Of a stretch of 64,000 nucleotides of DNA, positions 25,397 through 34,910 are shown in pieces. This stretch comes from a virus. Numbering within the stretch: position 1 is the stretch's first letter; every line of letters begins with the position of its first letter. The DNA is taken from IMG/VR virus record IMGVR_UViG_3300016476_000657, positions 6,583 through 70,582 of that record, one strand, 5' to 3'. Under the pieces are notes generated by a model, which saw only the letters and a list, made by a program, of their open reading frames with translations, ran no database searches and was not told the origin of the DNA. The translations under genes were made by a program, and so were the position numbers.

Positions 25397-25800
25397 ATCA
25401 AGTTGACCTAAACCGATATATGGATTTTGTACGAGCAGTTACTAGCAAGGAATCAGATAACTTTGATCACCTTCAAGCTCGCGCACAAGAACTACGTAAC
25501 GAAACATTTAATCCTGCACTGCTACTTACTGCCGCTATTGGTCTTGGTAGCGAAGGTGGAGAGTTTCAGGAGATTGTAAAGAAGATCATGTTCCAAGGCA
25601 AACCAGTTAATGATGAATCGGTTTTCCATATGAAGCGTGAACTTGGTGACATCATGTGGTACTGGATCAACGCTTGCCGCGCACTAGGTCTAGAGCCTAA
25701 CGATGTTATTGCAGAAAATGTACGCAAGTTAGAAGCACGTTACCCAGGCGGACAGTTCGATGTACACTACAGCGAAAATCGTAAGGCGGGGGATCTCTAA
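25393..25800 (+). CDS. MazG-like NTP pyrophosphohydrolase
   Basis: GLGSEGGEFQEIVKK, KRELGDIMWY, ENVRKLEARYP. Confidence 0.85.
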   Translation: MNQVDLNRYMDFVRAVTSKESDNFDHLQARAQELRNETFNPALLLTAAIGLGSEGGEFQEIVKKIMFQGKPVNDESVFHMKRELGDIMWYWINACRALGLEPNDVIAENVRKLEARYPGGQFDVHYSENRKAGDL

Positions 25801-25988
25801 TGGCAGAGTATATTATGTGCCACAAAAGGCAGAAGGACTATAACGGGAAGGGCGCATTCACAATCCTTCGCAATAGCGAACCGCCTGAAGGCATGGTTTT
25901 TCTAAAGGTTAACGCTAGCGGAATGCCGACATACTGCTATCCAGAAGACCTGGAGTATTTTCAGAATCGTAAGGAAGGCGACCTATAA
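25800..25988 (+). CDS. Hypothetical protein
   Basis: TAATG coupled at both ends. Confidence 0.5.
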   Translation: MAEYIMCHKRQKDYNGKGAFTILRNSEPPEGMVFLKVNASGMPTYCYPEDLEYFQNRKEGDL

Positions 25989-26209
25989 TGAAAAAGGTTG
26001 AGAAGTTAATTGCAGAGCATTTTGGTTTAGGTAAGATCCATGAAAGTGATCTGCTCCAAGAAGACCTTGGTGGCGATGCCCTAGATGTTATTGAACTGAT
26101 AATGACCTTAGAAGAAGAATTCAATATTGAGATCTCCGATGAGGAAGCAGAAGACATGCGAACAGTTCAAGACGTGTATGACTGTGTTGCTAAGAAAAGT
26201 TTAGCCTAA
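25988..26209 (+). CDS. Acyl carrier protein homolog lacking the phosphopantetheine serine
   Basis: EDLGGDALDVIELIMTLEEEFNIEISDEEAEDMRTVQDV; Ala (GCC, 26078-26080) where ACP has DSLD. Confidence 0.8.
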   Translation: MKKVEKLIAEHFGLGKIHESDLLQEDLGGDALDVIELIMTLEEEFNIEISDEEAEDMRTVQDVYDCVAKKSLA

Positions 26210-26583
26210 TGGAACTGTTACTCATAACCTTATTGCTAATTAAACACACCGTTGCAGATTTCTTTCTGCAACGGTCATTCATGTTTAAGGACAAACATAT
26301 CTACGCAGGCCGTGGCGGCCTGGTTCATGCCGGGTCGCATGGACTACTAACAGCAATTGCAGTTGCAATCTGCGTTCCTACTCCACTTCAACTATCAATG
26401 GCACTAGCTGCTGGTATGCTTGATATGGTGATTCACTACCATGTTGATTACATTAAAAGTAATTGGAATGTTAGAACCAAAGCCTCGCCTAGTGAAACAC
26501 GTTACTGGTATGCGTTTGGCTTAGATCAATTAGCGCATTTCTTAACTTATGTGCTTATTGTATATACAATTTTTATAAGGTAA
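26209..26583 (+). CDS. DUF3307-like membrane protein
   Basis: KHTVADFFLQ...HAGSHG...HYHVDY...GLDQLAH. Confidence 0.7.
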   Translation: MELLLITLLLIKHTVADFFLQRSFMFKDKHIYAGRGGLVHAGSHGLLTAIAVAICVPTPLQLSMALAAGMLDMVIHYHVDYIKSNWNVRTKASPSETRYWYAFGLDQLAHFLTYVLIVYTIFIR

Positions 26584-26587
26584 AATT

Positions 26588-27379
26588 ATGAAGCGTATTC
26601 TTTTATGCGGCTTGCCAGGCTCTGGCAAAACAACTCTTGCAAAGCGACTTGTTGAAACACTAGGCAATGCTGACTGGTATAATGCGGATGCAGTCCGCGA
26701 ACAGTTTAAAGATTGGGATTTTAGTCCCGAAGGCAGAGCTCGACAGATGAAGCGTATGCAAGACTTTACTCGTAAGAGTGTTGCCAAAGGTCGCTACGGT
26801 ATTGCAGACTTTGTATGTCCTACTCAAGCACTGCGAGATGAGTTCAAAGCTGATTATGTAATCTGGATGCACACTATTAAAGAGGGACGTTACGAAGATA
26901 CAAATAAAGTTTTCGAAGCACCTACTAATGTCAACATGGAGATTACTGCCGACGAATGGTGGAATGATGAATGGGTCGAGCATTGGGCCAGATTACTAGC
27001 AGTTGACATTAAGGATCACGAATTCCAAACTAAGTTGCCTACTACACAGATGCTGGGCCGGTTCCAACCATTTCATCCAGGTCATCGTGCGCTGTTCGAA
27101 CGAGCCCTTGCCAAGCACGGTCAGGTTGCTATTCTAATTCGCGACATGCCTATTACAGAAAGCAATCCTTGGCAGCAGGATGATATTGCTACTAACATCG
27201 AAAAAGAACTATATGAGTACGCAGGTAAGTTTAGAATTTATCCTGTGCCTAACATTATGAACATCACATATGGACGCGATGTAGGATATAAGATTGAGCA
27301 AGAAGTTTTTGACGATGCTATCCACAGTATCAGTGCTACAAAGATTCGCGAGCAGATGAGAAAGGATGGTAAGTTATAA
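26588..27379 (+). CDS. APS-kinase-like P-loop domain fused to an HxGH nucleotidyltransferase domain
   Basis: GLPGSGKTT, NADAVR, DWDFSPEGRARQ; C-terminal GRFQPFHPGH and ISATKIR. Confidence 0.75.
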   Translation: MKRILLCGLPGSGKTTLAKRLVETLGNADWYNADAVREQFKDWDFSPEGRARQMKRMQDFTRKSVAKGRYGIADFVCPTQALRDEFKADYVIWMHTIKEGRYEDTNKVFEAPTNVNMEITADEWWNDEWVEHWARLLAVDIKDHEFQTKLPTTQMLGRFQPFHPGHRALFERALAKHGQVAILIRDMPITESNPWQQDDIATNIEKELYEYAGKFRIYPVPNIMNITYGRDVGYKIEQEVFDDAIHSISATKIREQMRKDGKL

Positions 27380-27597
27380 TGGTAGGACGTAGACGACACA
27401 TAGCTAAGGCTATTACTTGGCGCTTGCTAGGAACACTAGACACTATTCTTATCAGTTGGTTCTTTACTGGTTCACTTGCTATTGGTGCAGCTATTGGTGG
27501 CTTTGAAGTGATCACAAAAACTATTTTGTATTACTTCCACGAACGTGCTTGGTATAATTACATTCCGTACGGTTTAGAAAAAGGCGTTGACAAGTAG
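27379..27597 (+). CDS. DUF2061-like small membrane protein
   Basis: RHIAKAITWRLLGTLDT...LYYFHERAW. Confidence 0.75.
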   Translation: MVGRRRHIAKAITWRLLGTLDTILISWFFTGSLAIGAAIGGFEVITKTILYYFHERAWYNYIPYGLEKGVDK

Positions 27598-27615
27598 ACT
27601 CAACTGTTATATAAT
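27587..27615 (+). promoter_or_regulatory. Sigma70 consensus promoter
   Basis: TTGACA-17-TATAAT. Confidence 0.8.
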
Positions 27616-27648
27616 GAACTTATTAATCTAATAAGAGGAATACTAACT

Positions 27649-27852
27649 ATGGCTAAGGTAACTAAGATTGCAGACAAGCTGTCGAAGGTAAATGACAACT
27701 TTACTGTTAACATGTACGACAATGGCTTCATGCTAGAGATTGGCGGACGCGATGCAGACGACGATTGGGCTAATGCCAAGATCATGTGCAGTTCCGATGA
27801 AGAGCTGCTTACTCTAGTTAAGGAAGCTGCTTCCTTGCCACGGAGCGAGTAA
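27649..27852 (+). CDS. Conserved hypothetical phage protein
   Basis: GAGGA RBS; YDNGFMLEIGGRD..DDW. Confidence 0.65.
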   Translation: MAKVTKIADKLSKVNDNFTVNMYDNGFMLEIGGRDADDDWANAKIMCSSDEELLTLVKEAASLPRSE

Positions 27853-27853
27853 C

Positions 27854-28267
27854 ATGGCTGTGTGGACACTGATGCCTGTCAACAAGAAGAGCATCGAGGA
27901 AGTTACATTCTGGACCAAGGATAATATGACTATCGCTTTTCGTCATGGCTGGCGAGGAGGTAGTGTCACGCTTGTTACTACTGATGACAATGCACCTGAT
28001 ATTGATCTAGAAGGTAATGATGAGCTTAACGTATATGATCTAGTTGACGATCATGTTGTTAGCGTTGATCTTGATAGCTTCTGGGATGGCTGTTGGGCTG
28101 AGTGGGATTGGAATGAACAAGACCTCTCTTCAGAAGAGCAAGAAGAAATTGAAGAGGCTTGGAACGAAGATGGGCATGACGGTCTTGAGGAACTTGGTTG
28201 GACCGAAGACGACTGCGAAGCCTATTTCTACGGTGAACTAAGTCTAGAGCGAGTTAGTGAAAATTGA
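27854..28267 (+). CDS. Acidic hypothetical phage protein
   Basis: 137 aa, GWRGG and DGCW motifs. Confidence 0.6.
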   Translation: MAVWTLMPVNKKSIEEVTFWTKDNMTIAFRHGWRGGSVTLVTTDDNAPDIDLEGNDELNVYDLVDDHVVSVDLDSFWDGCWAEWDWNEQDLSSEEQEEIEEAWNEDGHDGLEELGWTEDDCEAYFYGELSLERVSEN

Positions 28268-28629
28268 AAGTAGTTATTGCTGGTTCTCGAACCATTGACG
28301 ATTACAAGCTAGTAGTCCAAGCAATGAAACGCTGTGGCTATACCGTTACAGAAGTAGTGTGTGGTATGGCCACAGGCATTGACAAGCAGGGCGAAGTGTG
28401 GGCTCGAGCCAATAACATTCCTGTAAAGGAAATGCCAGCTGACTGGCATCGACACGGTAAAGCTGCTGGACCTATTCGTAATCGTGAAATGGCCAAGTAT
28501 GCAGATGCCGCAGTTGTTATCTGGGATGGCAAGAGCCGCGGCTCACGCAACATGATAAATGAAATGATACGACAGGGCAAGCCCTACTTCGTACAACTAA
28601 CAGAGTCTGAAGACGAACCTGTACTATGA
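28264..28629 (+). CDS. SLOG-superfamily protein (DUF2493/YspA-like)
   Basis: [35 protein letters not shown]. Confidence 0.75.
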   Translation: MKVVIAGSRTIDDYKLVVQAMKRCGYTVTEVVCGMATGIDKQGEVWARANNIPVKEMPADWHRHGKAAGPIRNREMAKYADAAVVIWDGKSRGSRNMINEMIRQGKPYFVQLTESEDEPVL

Positions 28630-29735
28630 GAATTGAACGAGAAGTAAAACTTGATTATAGCGATGTGCTGTTCCGTCCTAAGCGGAGCACAATGGGCAGT
28701 AGAAGTGAAGTTGATCTAACTCGCACTTATGCATTTAGGAACAGTAAGCAAAACTACACCGGTGTTCCTATCATGGCTGCTAACATGGATGGCGTTGGTA
28801 CTTTTGCTATGGCTGAAGCACTAACCAATCAAGGACTGTTTACTTGTTTAGTAAAAAGTTATTCGCCATCCGAAGTACATAGTTGGTTAAACAATCATAA
28901 TAACAAACTTGATTTAGTTAATAACTTTGCAGTTAGTACAGGTATCACTGAAGCAGACAGTGAGCGTGTTGAAGAAACACTCAAACTGAGTCGCAGCATT
29001 AAGTATGTTTGCATCGATGTTGCTAATGGCTATAGTGAAAAGTTTATTGATTATGTAGCACGTTTTAGGGACAGGTTCCCTCATGTAACTATTATTGCAG
29101 GCAATGTTGTAACGCCTGATGTAACAGAGGAGTTAATTTTACGTGGAGCTGATATTATTAAAGTGGGTATTGGCCCTGGCAGTGTTTGCACTACTCGCAT
29201 TAAGACTGGCGTGGGTTACCCGCAGTTGTCCGCGGTCATCGAATGTGCGGATGCTGCACACGGTCTTGGCGGGCATATCATTGCTGACGGCGGCTGTACT
29301 TGCCCTGGCGATGTTGCCAAGGCTTTTGGAGCAGGCTCCGATTTTGTCATGCTGGGAGGAATGCTTGCCGGATGTGATGAGGGCGGAGGAGAACCCGAAA
29401 CTAAAATTTACACCCTCCCGTATACAGGAATGGATCGAAAGCCTGTAGTAGAACTCAAAGGATATGTTAAATTCTATGGAATGAGTTCTACTGCGGCGCA
29501 GGATAAACACGGTGGACGTAAGAACTATAGGGCCAGTGAGGGGCGTGTGGTTGAGGTTCCGTATCGAGGACCAATTGAACCTGTAGTACAAGATATACTT
29601 GGCGGTGTTAGAAGCACCTGTACTTATGTAGGTGCTAAGAGTTTGAAGGAACTCAGCAAGCGTACTACATTCATTCAGGTTAATAACGGAAAGCAATTTA
29701 ACACAGTGTACGAAAACTACACTGTTGGTAGCTAA
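28626..29735 (+). CDS. guaC: GMP reductase
   Basis: [58 protein letters not shown]. Confidence 0.9.
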   Translation: MRIEREVKLDYSDVLFRPKRSTMGSRSEVDLTRTYAFRNSKQNYTGVPIMAANMDGVGTFAMAEALTNQGLFTCLVKSYSPSEVHSWLNNHNNKLDLVNNFAVSTGITEADSERVEETLKLSRSIKYVCIDVANGYSEKFIDYVARFRDRFPHVTIIAGNVVTPDVTEELILRGADIIKVGIGPGSVCTTRIKTGVGYPQLSAVIECADAAHGLGGHIIADGGCTCPGDVAKAFGAGSDFVMLGGMLAGCDEGGGEPETKIYTLPYTGMDRKPVVELKGYVKFYGMSSTAAQDKHGGRKNYRASEGRVVEVPYRGPIEPVVQDILGGVRSTCTYVGAKSLKELSKRTTFIQVNNGKQFNTVYENYTVGS

Positions 29736-29736
29736 T

Positions 29737-30657
29737 ATGAATACATTAGATAAAATTTTTAAGTACAATAGAAATCCTGTTATATCTGATTTCTTTAAAG
29801 AGAAGTTAAACGAGCTTATTGGCTTTGGTACATACCATAACGAGATCGAAACAATCAGGGATAGTATTCTTCGAGAACTTGTTGACTATAGAGAAAAGCA
29901 TAGTATTAATACTGTAGTCATCGGAATGAGCGGAGGACTTGATAGCGCACTAACAGCAAGTTTGTTTAAGGATGCAGGCTATCGTGTTATTGGTGTTACA
30001 TTACCAATTCATCAAAACCCAGATGAAACTGAACGGGGCATCGAAGCAATTAACACACTAGGCATCGAACATGTGCATATTGATTTAACTGATGCGTATG
30101 ATACCTTGCTTGGCTTTTTCCAATCAGAAACAGCAGATCTAATAGAAACTGACAGGCACACATTGATGCGTAAGGGTAATATTAGAGCCCGCTTACGTAT
30201 GATTACGCTGTACAATCTTGCAGGCAAGCACCGCGGCTTTGTTGCTAGTACTGATAACTTTAGTGAGCTTGCAGCAGGCTTCTGGACACTGCACGGTGAT
30301 GTAGGCGATGTAGCACCTGTACAGAGTTTAACTAAAAGCTGGGAAGTACCTGCTCTAGCAGAACTACAAGGTGTTCCCTCTAGCACTATCTATGCTGTAC
30401 CCACTGACGGACTAGGTATTGCTAATGGTGACGAGGACCAGTTTGGTTTCAGTTACCTAGAGTTTGACATTGCTGTGTTTACTCTTATTAAGGGGCTGAG
30501 CCTAGCAAACGCTACTGATCGAGATATCCAAATTATTAATAATGTTAAGAATAGGCTTAAAGGAACAGCGTTTAAACGTGCTAACCCATATAACCTATCT
30601 CATCCTATTTTTGGTATTAGATTTGAAGAACTCAGAATGCTAGATGAAACACTCTAA
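29737..30657 (+). CDS. nadE: NH3-dependent NAD+ synthetase
   Basis: GMSGGLDSA, GNIRARLRM, STDNFSE, TLHGD, PTDGL, DEDQFG; no glutaminase domain. Confidence 0.85.
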   Translation: MNTLDKIFKYNRNPVISDFFKEKLNELIGFGTYHNEIETIRDSILRELVDYREKHSINTVVIGMSGGLDSALTASLFKDAGYRVIGVTLPIHQNPDETERGIEAINTLGIEHVHIDLTDAYDTLLGFFQSETADLIETDRHTLMRKGNIRARLRMITLYNLAGKHRGFVASTDNFSELAAGFWTLHGDVGDVAPVQSLTKSWEVPALAELQGVPSSTIYAVPTDGLGIANGDEDQFGFSYLEFDIAVFTLIKGLSLANATDRDIQIINNVKNRLKGTAFKRANPYNLSHPIFGIRFEELRMLDETL

Positions 30658-30663
30658 GCAGAT

Positions 30664-30671
30664 TATAAATA
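30664..30671 (+). promoter_or_regulatory. T4-late-like promoter TATAAATA
   Basis: Exact consensus, intergenic. Confidence 0.65.
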
Positions 30672-30704
30672 ACTGTTAATACACATTTACTACAGGAGAA
30701 GATA

Positions 30705-31010
30705 ATGAGTATTGAACTATTAGTAGTGGTAGTTGTTGTTCTAGCAGGCGTAGCCGTTTGGTACTTCAACAGATCCGCTAAGACCACTGATCTAAACAGT
30801 GATGGTAAGACTGATGTTAAGGATGTACTTGTTGCAGTCGAAAACACAGTTTCTGGTGTTAAGGCCGCTGCTGACCTAAATAAGGACGGCAAGGTAAACT
30901 CTGGTGATGCTAAGGTTGTTGTTAAGAAGGCTAAGACTACTGCAAAGAAAGCAGCAGCTAAAGTTAAGGAAACTGCAACTAAGAAGCCCAGAGCTAAGAA
31001 AAAGCAGTAA
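30705..31010 (+). CDS. Membrane-anchored protein with two Ca-binding-loop-like motifs and a Lys/Ala-rich tail
   Basis: N-terminal TM; DLNSDGKTD and DLNKDGKVN; KKAKTTAKKAAAKVKETATKKPRAKKKQ. Confidence 0.65.
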   Translation: MSIELLVVVVVVLAGVAVWYFNRSAKTTDLNSDGKTDVKDVLVAVENTVSGVKAAADLNKDGKVNSGDAKVVVKKAKTTAKKAAAKVKETATKKPRAKKKQ

Positions 31011-31019
31011 TTAACTTCC

Positions 31020-31766
31020 GTGTTTTTTGCGTTTGACGTAGACGGCACGTTAACGCCGAGTAGGCAAAGAATTGACCCTGATTTTGAGCAGTGGTTCATC
31101 AGATGGATGAGTCTTGTTCAAGAGAAGGGTCATTCTGTTCTTTTAGTTACTGGTAGTGACTATGATAAGACTGTAGAGCAGTTAGGCACCGCTATTACTG
31201 AAGCAGTTGATTATTGTTGCAACTGTTTAGGCAATCACGTGCTCAGTAAAGGTAAGTTAATTGAAACTTACACATTTGAACCAACCAGCGAGTTGGTTAA
31301 CTTTTTAGAAACAGAGCTAGCAGCTAGTCCGTATACTGAACGATATGGAAATCATATTGAGCATCGCGGCAGTATGATTAACTTTAGCATAGTAGGACGC
31401 AATGCTGTAGGAGAACAGCGTAAGCGTTATTATGATTGGGACAAGTTCAGTTGTGAGCGTTTAACATTAGCTGAAAAGATTAATTCGTTATTTCCCGAAG
31501 TAGCTGCACAAGCTGGCGGCGAAACCGGTATAGATATTATACCTATAGGCAGAGACAAGCGCCAAGTAATTAAGTATACTGAGGATCAGAAGGTTTGGTT
31601 CTTTGGTGATCGGTTGGACGAAGGTGGTAATGACAAACCCTTAGCAGATGTACTGTTAGCATCAGATACAAGCTCAGAAGCGTTCCACGTAAAGTCGTGG
31701 CAAGAGACATGGGAAGTGCTACAAGACATAACTACAAATGTTTTAAAGATTACAATACATAAGTGA
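31020..31766 (+). CDS. HAD-IIB hydrolase, eukaryote-type phosphomannomutase-like
   Basis: FDVDGTLT, VTGSD, IEHRGSMINFSIVGR, GGETGIDI, FFGDRLDEGGND. Confidence 0.8.
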   Translation: MFFAFDVDGTLTPSRQRIDPDFEQWFIRWMSLVQEKGHSVLLVTGSDYDKTVEQLGTAITEAVDYCCNCLGNHVLSKGKLIETYTFEPTSELVNFLETELAASPYTERYGNHIEHRGSMINFSIVGRNAVGEQRKRYYDWDKFSCERLTLAEKINSLFPEVAAQAGGETGIDIIPIGRDKRQVIKYTEDQKVWFFGDRLDEGGNDKPLADVLLASDTSSEAFHVKSWQETWEVLQDITTNVLKITIHK

Positions 31767-31773
31767 ATAGAAA

Positions 31774-31781
31774 GATAAATA
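31774..31781 (+). promoter_or_regulatory. T4-late-like promoter GATAAATA
   Basis: Intergenic, upstream of 31812. Confidence 0.6.
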
Positions 31782-31811
31782 CACTTATATAACCTACTCG
31801 AGGAGTTTAAA

Positions 31812-32162
31812 ATGGGAACAGTATCATATCCATCAGGCACACCTACTTGGAATGTATCAGATCGTGAAGCCCAAAAAGCATTTGCAGCAAAGCTACATGG
31901 TGTTGCGGTTGAGGATCTGATCGTTGGTGTACACATTGGTCCAGAAGAATCAAACGGTGTCGGACTACCAGCAGACTTTGAAGGTCTACGTCCATTCCAC
32001 AAAGTTGATAAGCCAGAAGACGGTTGGAACAATGGCGCTAAGTATGTAGTTTACTTTGAAGATGAAAACGGTTCAGTCTTTAAAGCAGTTAATGCAGATC
32101 CATCAACAATTGCTGCATTAACAGAAGGTCCTGAATTTGATTCGGTAATTTCATACAAGTAA
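31812..32162 (+). CDS. Hypothetical late protein
   Basis: GAGGAG RBS, late box. Confidence 0.65.
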   Translation: MGTVSYPSGTPTWNVSDREAQKAFAAKLHGVAVEDLIVGVHIGPEESNGVGLPADFEGLRPFHKVDKPEDGWNNGAKYVVYFEDENGSVFKAVNADPSTIAALTEGPEFDSVISYK

Positions 32163-32165
32163 CAC

Positions 32166-32194
32166 TTGACTTTTAGTGTAATATACACTATACT
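32166..32194 (+). promoter_or_regulatory. Sigma70-type promoter with spacer palindrome
   Basis: TTGACT-17-TATACT; AGTGTA-ATA-TACACT at 32175-32189. Confidence 0.7.
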
Positions 32195-32203
32195 TAATGT
32201 ATT

Positions 32204-32611
32204 ATGTCAAAACACAATCTTGAAGAATACATTAAGATTATATCAGAAATAGACGACTATAGCAAACTTATAGAGTGGATCAATTCTTTATCGCAAGAGT
32301 TAAAGGTTGATCCATCTATAAGAATTCCTGCTAATTATGTATACGGTTGCCAAGTGTCTACTTGGATTAACTGTACTGTCAAAGACAATAATATTTTCTT
32401 TTCGTTTGATAGCGACTCTAATGTAACAAAAGGGGTCGTTAAGATTCTACTTGACATTATAAACGGAAAATCTATAGCAGAAATTAAACAACTTAAGTTT
32501 TATGATTTACGGGAAATCACATCTAGATTGCCCACAGAAAGACAAAAGACGTTACAGATTATCTTAAATAAAGCACACGAACTTGCACAGAAGACAGGAG
32601 AAACACAGTGA
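32204..32611 (+). CDS. sufE: SufE-like sulfur acceptor
   Basis: [12 protein letters not shown] with conserved Cys; [18 protein letters not shown]. Confidence 0.75.
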   Translation: MSKHNLEEYIKIISEIDDYSKLIEWINSLSQELKVDPSIRIPANYVYGCQVSTWINCTVKDNNIFFSFDSDSNVTKGVVKILLDIINGKSIAEIKQLKFYDLREITSRLPTERQKTLQIILNKAHELAQKTGETQ

Positions 32612-33195
32612 ACTTTGTACCATTTGTAATTGAGAAGACTAGCCAGGGCGAACGTAGTTACGACATTTATAGTCGACTACTAAAGGAACGAATTGTGTTT
32701 CTTAACGGAGAAGTAAACGACACAGTAAGTAATAGTATCTGTGCTCAGCTATTGTTCCTTGAAGCAGAAGATCCAGATGCAGACATCAGCTTCTATATTA
32801 ATAGTCCTGGTGGTGTTGTTACTGCTGGCATGGCTATGTATGATACCATGCAGTATATTCGACCCGATGTAAGCACAATCGTTATGGGGCAGGCTTGCTC
32901 AATGGGCTCACTGTTAGCACAAGCAGGCGCAGCCGGTAAGCGCAAGATGCTACCTAATGCACGCCACATGATTCACCAGCCGTCAGGAGGCGCCCGCGGG
33001 CAAGCAACTGATATGGAAATTCAGGTTCGTGAAATTCTTGCAATGAAGAAGAACCTAACTGAAATCTACGTTAAGCATAACAGCAAGGGCAAGACCTTTG
33101 ACGAACTAAGTCGTGACATGGAACGCGACTTCTTTATGTCAGCTGACGAAGCACTTGCTTACGGTCTTGTTGACGAGATCATTTCCGGAAGGTAA
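32608..33195 (+). CDS. clpP: ATP-dependent Clp protease proteolytic subunit
   Basis: [30 protein letters not shown] (Ser), MIHQPSGG (His), MERDFFMSA (Asp). Confidence 0.95.
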   Translation: MNFVPFVIEKTSQGERSYDIYSRLLKERIVFLNGEVNDTVSNSICAQLLFLEAEDPDADISFYINSPGGVVTAGMAMYDTMQYIRPDVSTIVMGQACSMGSLLAQAGAAGKRKMLPNARHMIHQPSGGARGQATDMEIQVREILAMKKNLTEIYVKHNSKGKTFDELSRDMERDFFMSADEALAYGLVDEIISGR

Positions 33196-33203
33196 ACTTA
33201 TTA

Positions 33204-33710
33204 ATGAGAACATTAATTAAGGATGCACTACCTTCTAATTTAATAGACGAAGCACTACACTTATACCGCAACTCAACTAACCAAGTTGTGATTGATGGTA
33301 TTCCCGGTGAGAGATATATTTCGGGTGCATTGGGAGTTTTTGTTCTCAGCTTTTATTCAGAAGAAGAATTTAAGAACATATGGGGTCACCTCAAGCCTCT
33401 TATCGAAGGTAGTGTTGGGTGCGAGGTTGACCCCTATGAATTTCGTATTCTTCGGTACGGAACTAATGGTTTTATTAAATCTCACAACGACTCAGTTGTC
33501 TTTGATCAATCTCTAAATAGTAAGTTGATTTCTATTATTATATTGTTGTCATCTAGTAACGAAGGAGGCGACTTTGTAATTGACGGAGAAAAATGCGCTT
33601 TAAATGCCGGGGACCTAGTGTTGTGGACATCAGAACATTCTCACGAAGTTCGTCCTGTTAAACAAGGTATTCGGTATTCAATTAACATTCGATGTTTAAT
33701 GGTTAAATAA
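33204..33710 (+). CDS. 2OG-Fe(II) oxygenase (prolyl-hydroxylase-like)
   Basis: HND triad, EGGDFV, HEVRPVKQGIRYSI. Confidence 0.8.
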   Translation: MRTLIKDALPSNLIDEALHLYRNSTNQVVIDGIPGERYISGALGVFVLSFYSEEEFKNIWGHLKPLIEGSVGCEVDPYEFRILRYGTNGFIKSHNDSVVFDQSLNSKLISIIILLSSSNEGGDFVIDGEKCALNAGDLVLWTSEHSHEVRPVKQGIRYSINIRCLMVK

Positions 33711-33714
33711 ATTT

Positions 33715-34065
33715 ATGAGCACAAATAAAGAACTTATTAATTTCACTGATCCTGCAATGGATCATTTTAAAAAGATTACTCACAATGCAAATGCATTAGG
33801 TGTTCGTCTTTCATTAGCTGGCGGCGGGTGCGCCGGGTTTAGTTATAAGTGGGAACTAGTTAACTCACCTAGTGAGATTGAACCGTCAGATTATTCAAAG
33901 TCATATGAAGGTTGGACCTTTTGGTTAGACAAGACATCTGAAATGTATCTCATTGGAAGCACTGTAAACAAAAAGGAAGACATTGCCGGTAGCGTGATTG
34001 AAATCCAGTCACCTATGGCTGCTAGTAGTTGCGGATGCGGCGAAAGCATTAGTTTCAAAGTATAA
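33715..34065 (+). CDS. HesB/IscA A-type Fe-S carrier
   Basis: GGGCAGFSY and SSCGCGESISF. Confidence 0.9.
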   Translation: MSTNKELINFTDPAMDHFKKITHNANALGVRLSLAGGGCAGFSYKWELVNSPSEIEPSDYSKSYEGWTFWLDKTSEMYLIGSTVNKKEDIAGSVIEIQSPMAASSCGCGESISFKV

Positions 34066-34910
34066 TGTCTAACTTTAGTTTCATAGAGTATTCGTTCGAT
34101 CCTTATAAGTCGGATCCAGAGGACATCTTTGTAGCGTTAAACAAACTAGGCTTTGTTCAACGTAATGCACATATCTCTGGCTACTATAGTATGTGGACAC
34201 AAAATCAGTCTATCATACTATTACGACAATCAGAGGATGTGAAAACGTTTTGCATCACAGGGATAGGTCTTATTCTCAAGGACGACCTATTAGAGAAGTA
34301 TGATGCTGTATTCGACGAAGAATGCAGTATGCATATTATGCACGATCCTAATGGGGTGAGAATATTAGCAATGCCTGAAAAGAGATTGTCTAAGATGATA
34401 GAGCACGGCTACCAAGTAGTTGACAAACGTCTGTATGATACTCCTGGCATAGAATATTTTAGCGGTATTGTGTATAATGCTGCCGATACTGCAACATTAG
34501 ACTTTTATCAAGATTTAGGTTTTCGATTTACAAAAAGCTCTGACAAGTATAATACATTAATGTCTGATGGTAATAGATTTACAATGCTCTTAAGTAAGGA
34601 CGATAACTCTAAGACTATTGATGCAGTGTATACAGATACTAACGATGTTTTTAAAACAACTCGATGCTATACTGTTGCTGGACTTGACTTAAAAGAATAT
34701 AATATAGAAAAAGAAAAACTAGCGTTTGGTGTATCCTTAAATCACAAAATTATCGGTTACAACTGTGCAGCATTTGGTAATGAGCAAAGCTATACAATTG
34801 AAAACTGCGTTAAGCAAGCACTTCCTAATTTAGATTTTATTTTTAGAACTAGGAAGCAGTACCTACACATTAACGAAGAAGTAGTTGAGTTTCATAATGC
34901 AACAACGTAG
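34065..34910 (+). CDS. VOC/glyoxalase-fold protein resembling the HPPD N-terminal domain
   Basis: FSFIEY...LNKLGFVQRNAH...MWTQNQSIILL. Confidence 0.4.
   Translation: MSNFSFIEYSFDPYKSDPEDIFVALNKLGFVQRNAHISGYYSMWTQNQSIILLRQSEDVKTFCITGIGLILKDDLLEKYDAVFDEECSMHIMHDPNGVRILAMPEKRLSKMIEHGYQVVDKRLYDTPGIEYFSGIVYNAADTATLDFYQDLGFRFTKSSDKYNTLMSDGNRFTMLLSKDDNSKTIDAVYTDTNDVFKTTRCYTVAGLDLKEYNIEKEKLAFGVSLNHKIIGYNCAAFGNEQSYTIENCVKQALPNLDFIFRTRKQYLHINEEVVEFHNATT

Noticed and set aside
25780-25988. Adjacent genes ending RKAGDL* and RKEGDL*
   Set aside because: Too short to distinguish a local duplication scar from coincidence; no function inferable
29139-30386. Long antisense or alternate-frame ORFs (also 47436-48587, 51741-52796, 56825-57361 and many others in the track)
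   Set aside because: They shadow well-supported genes, lack RBS/promoters and reflect codon bias of the real frame
32162-32185. IscR type-1 site in the sufE promoter
   Set aside because: GACT and AGT half-sites are 3 nt apart rather than 5, and the right half diverges
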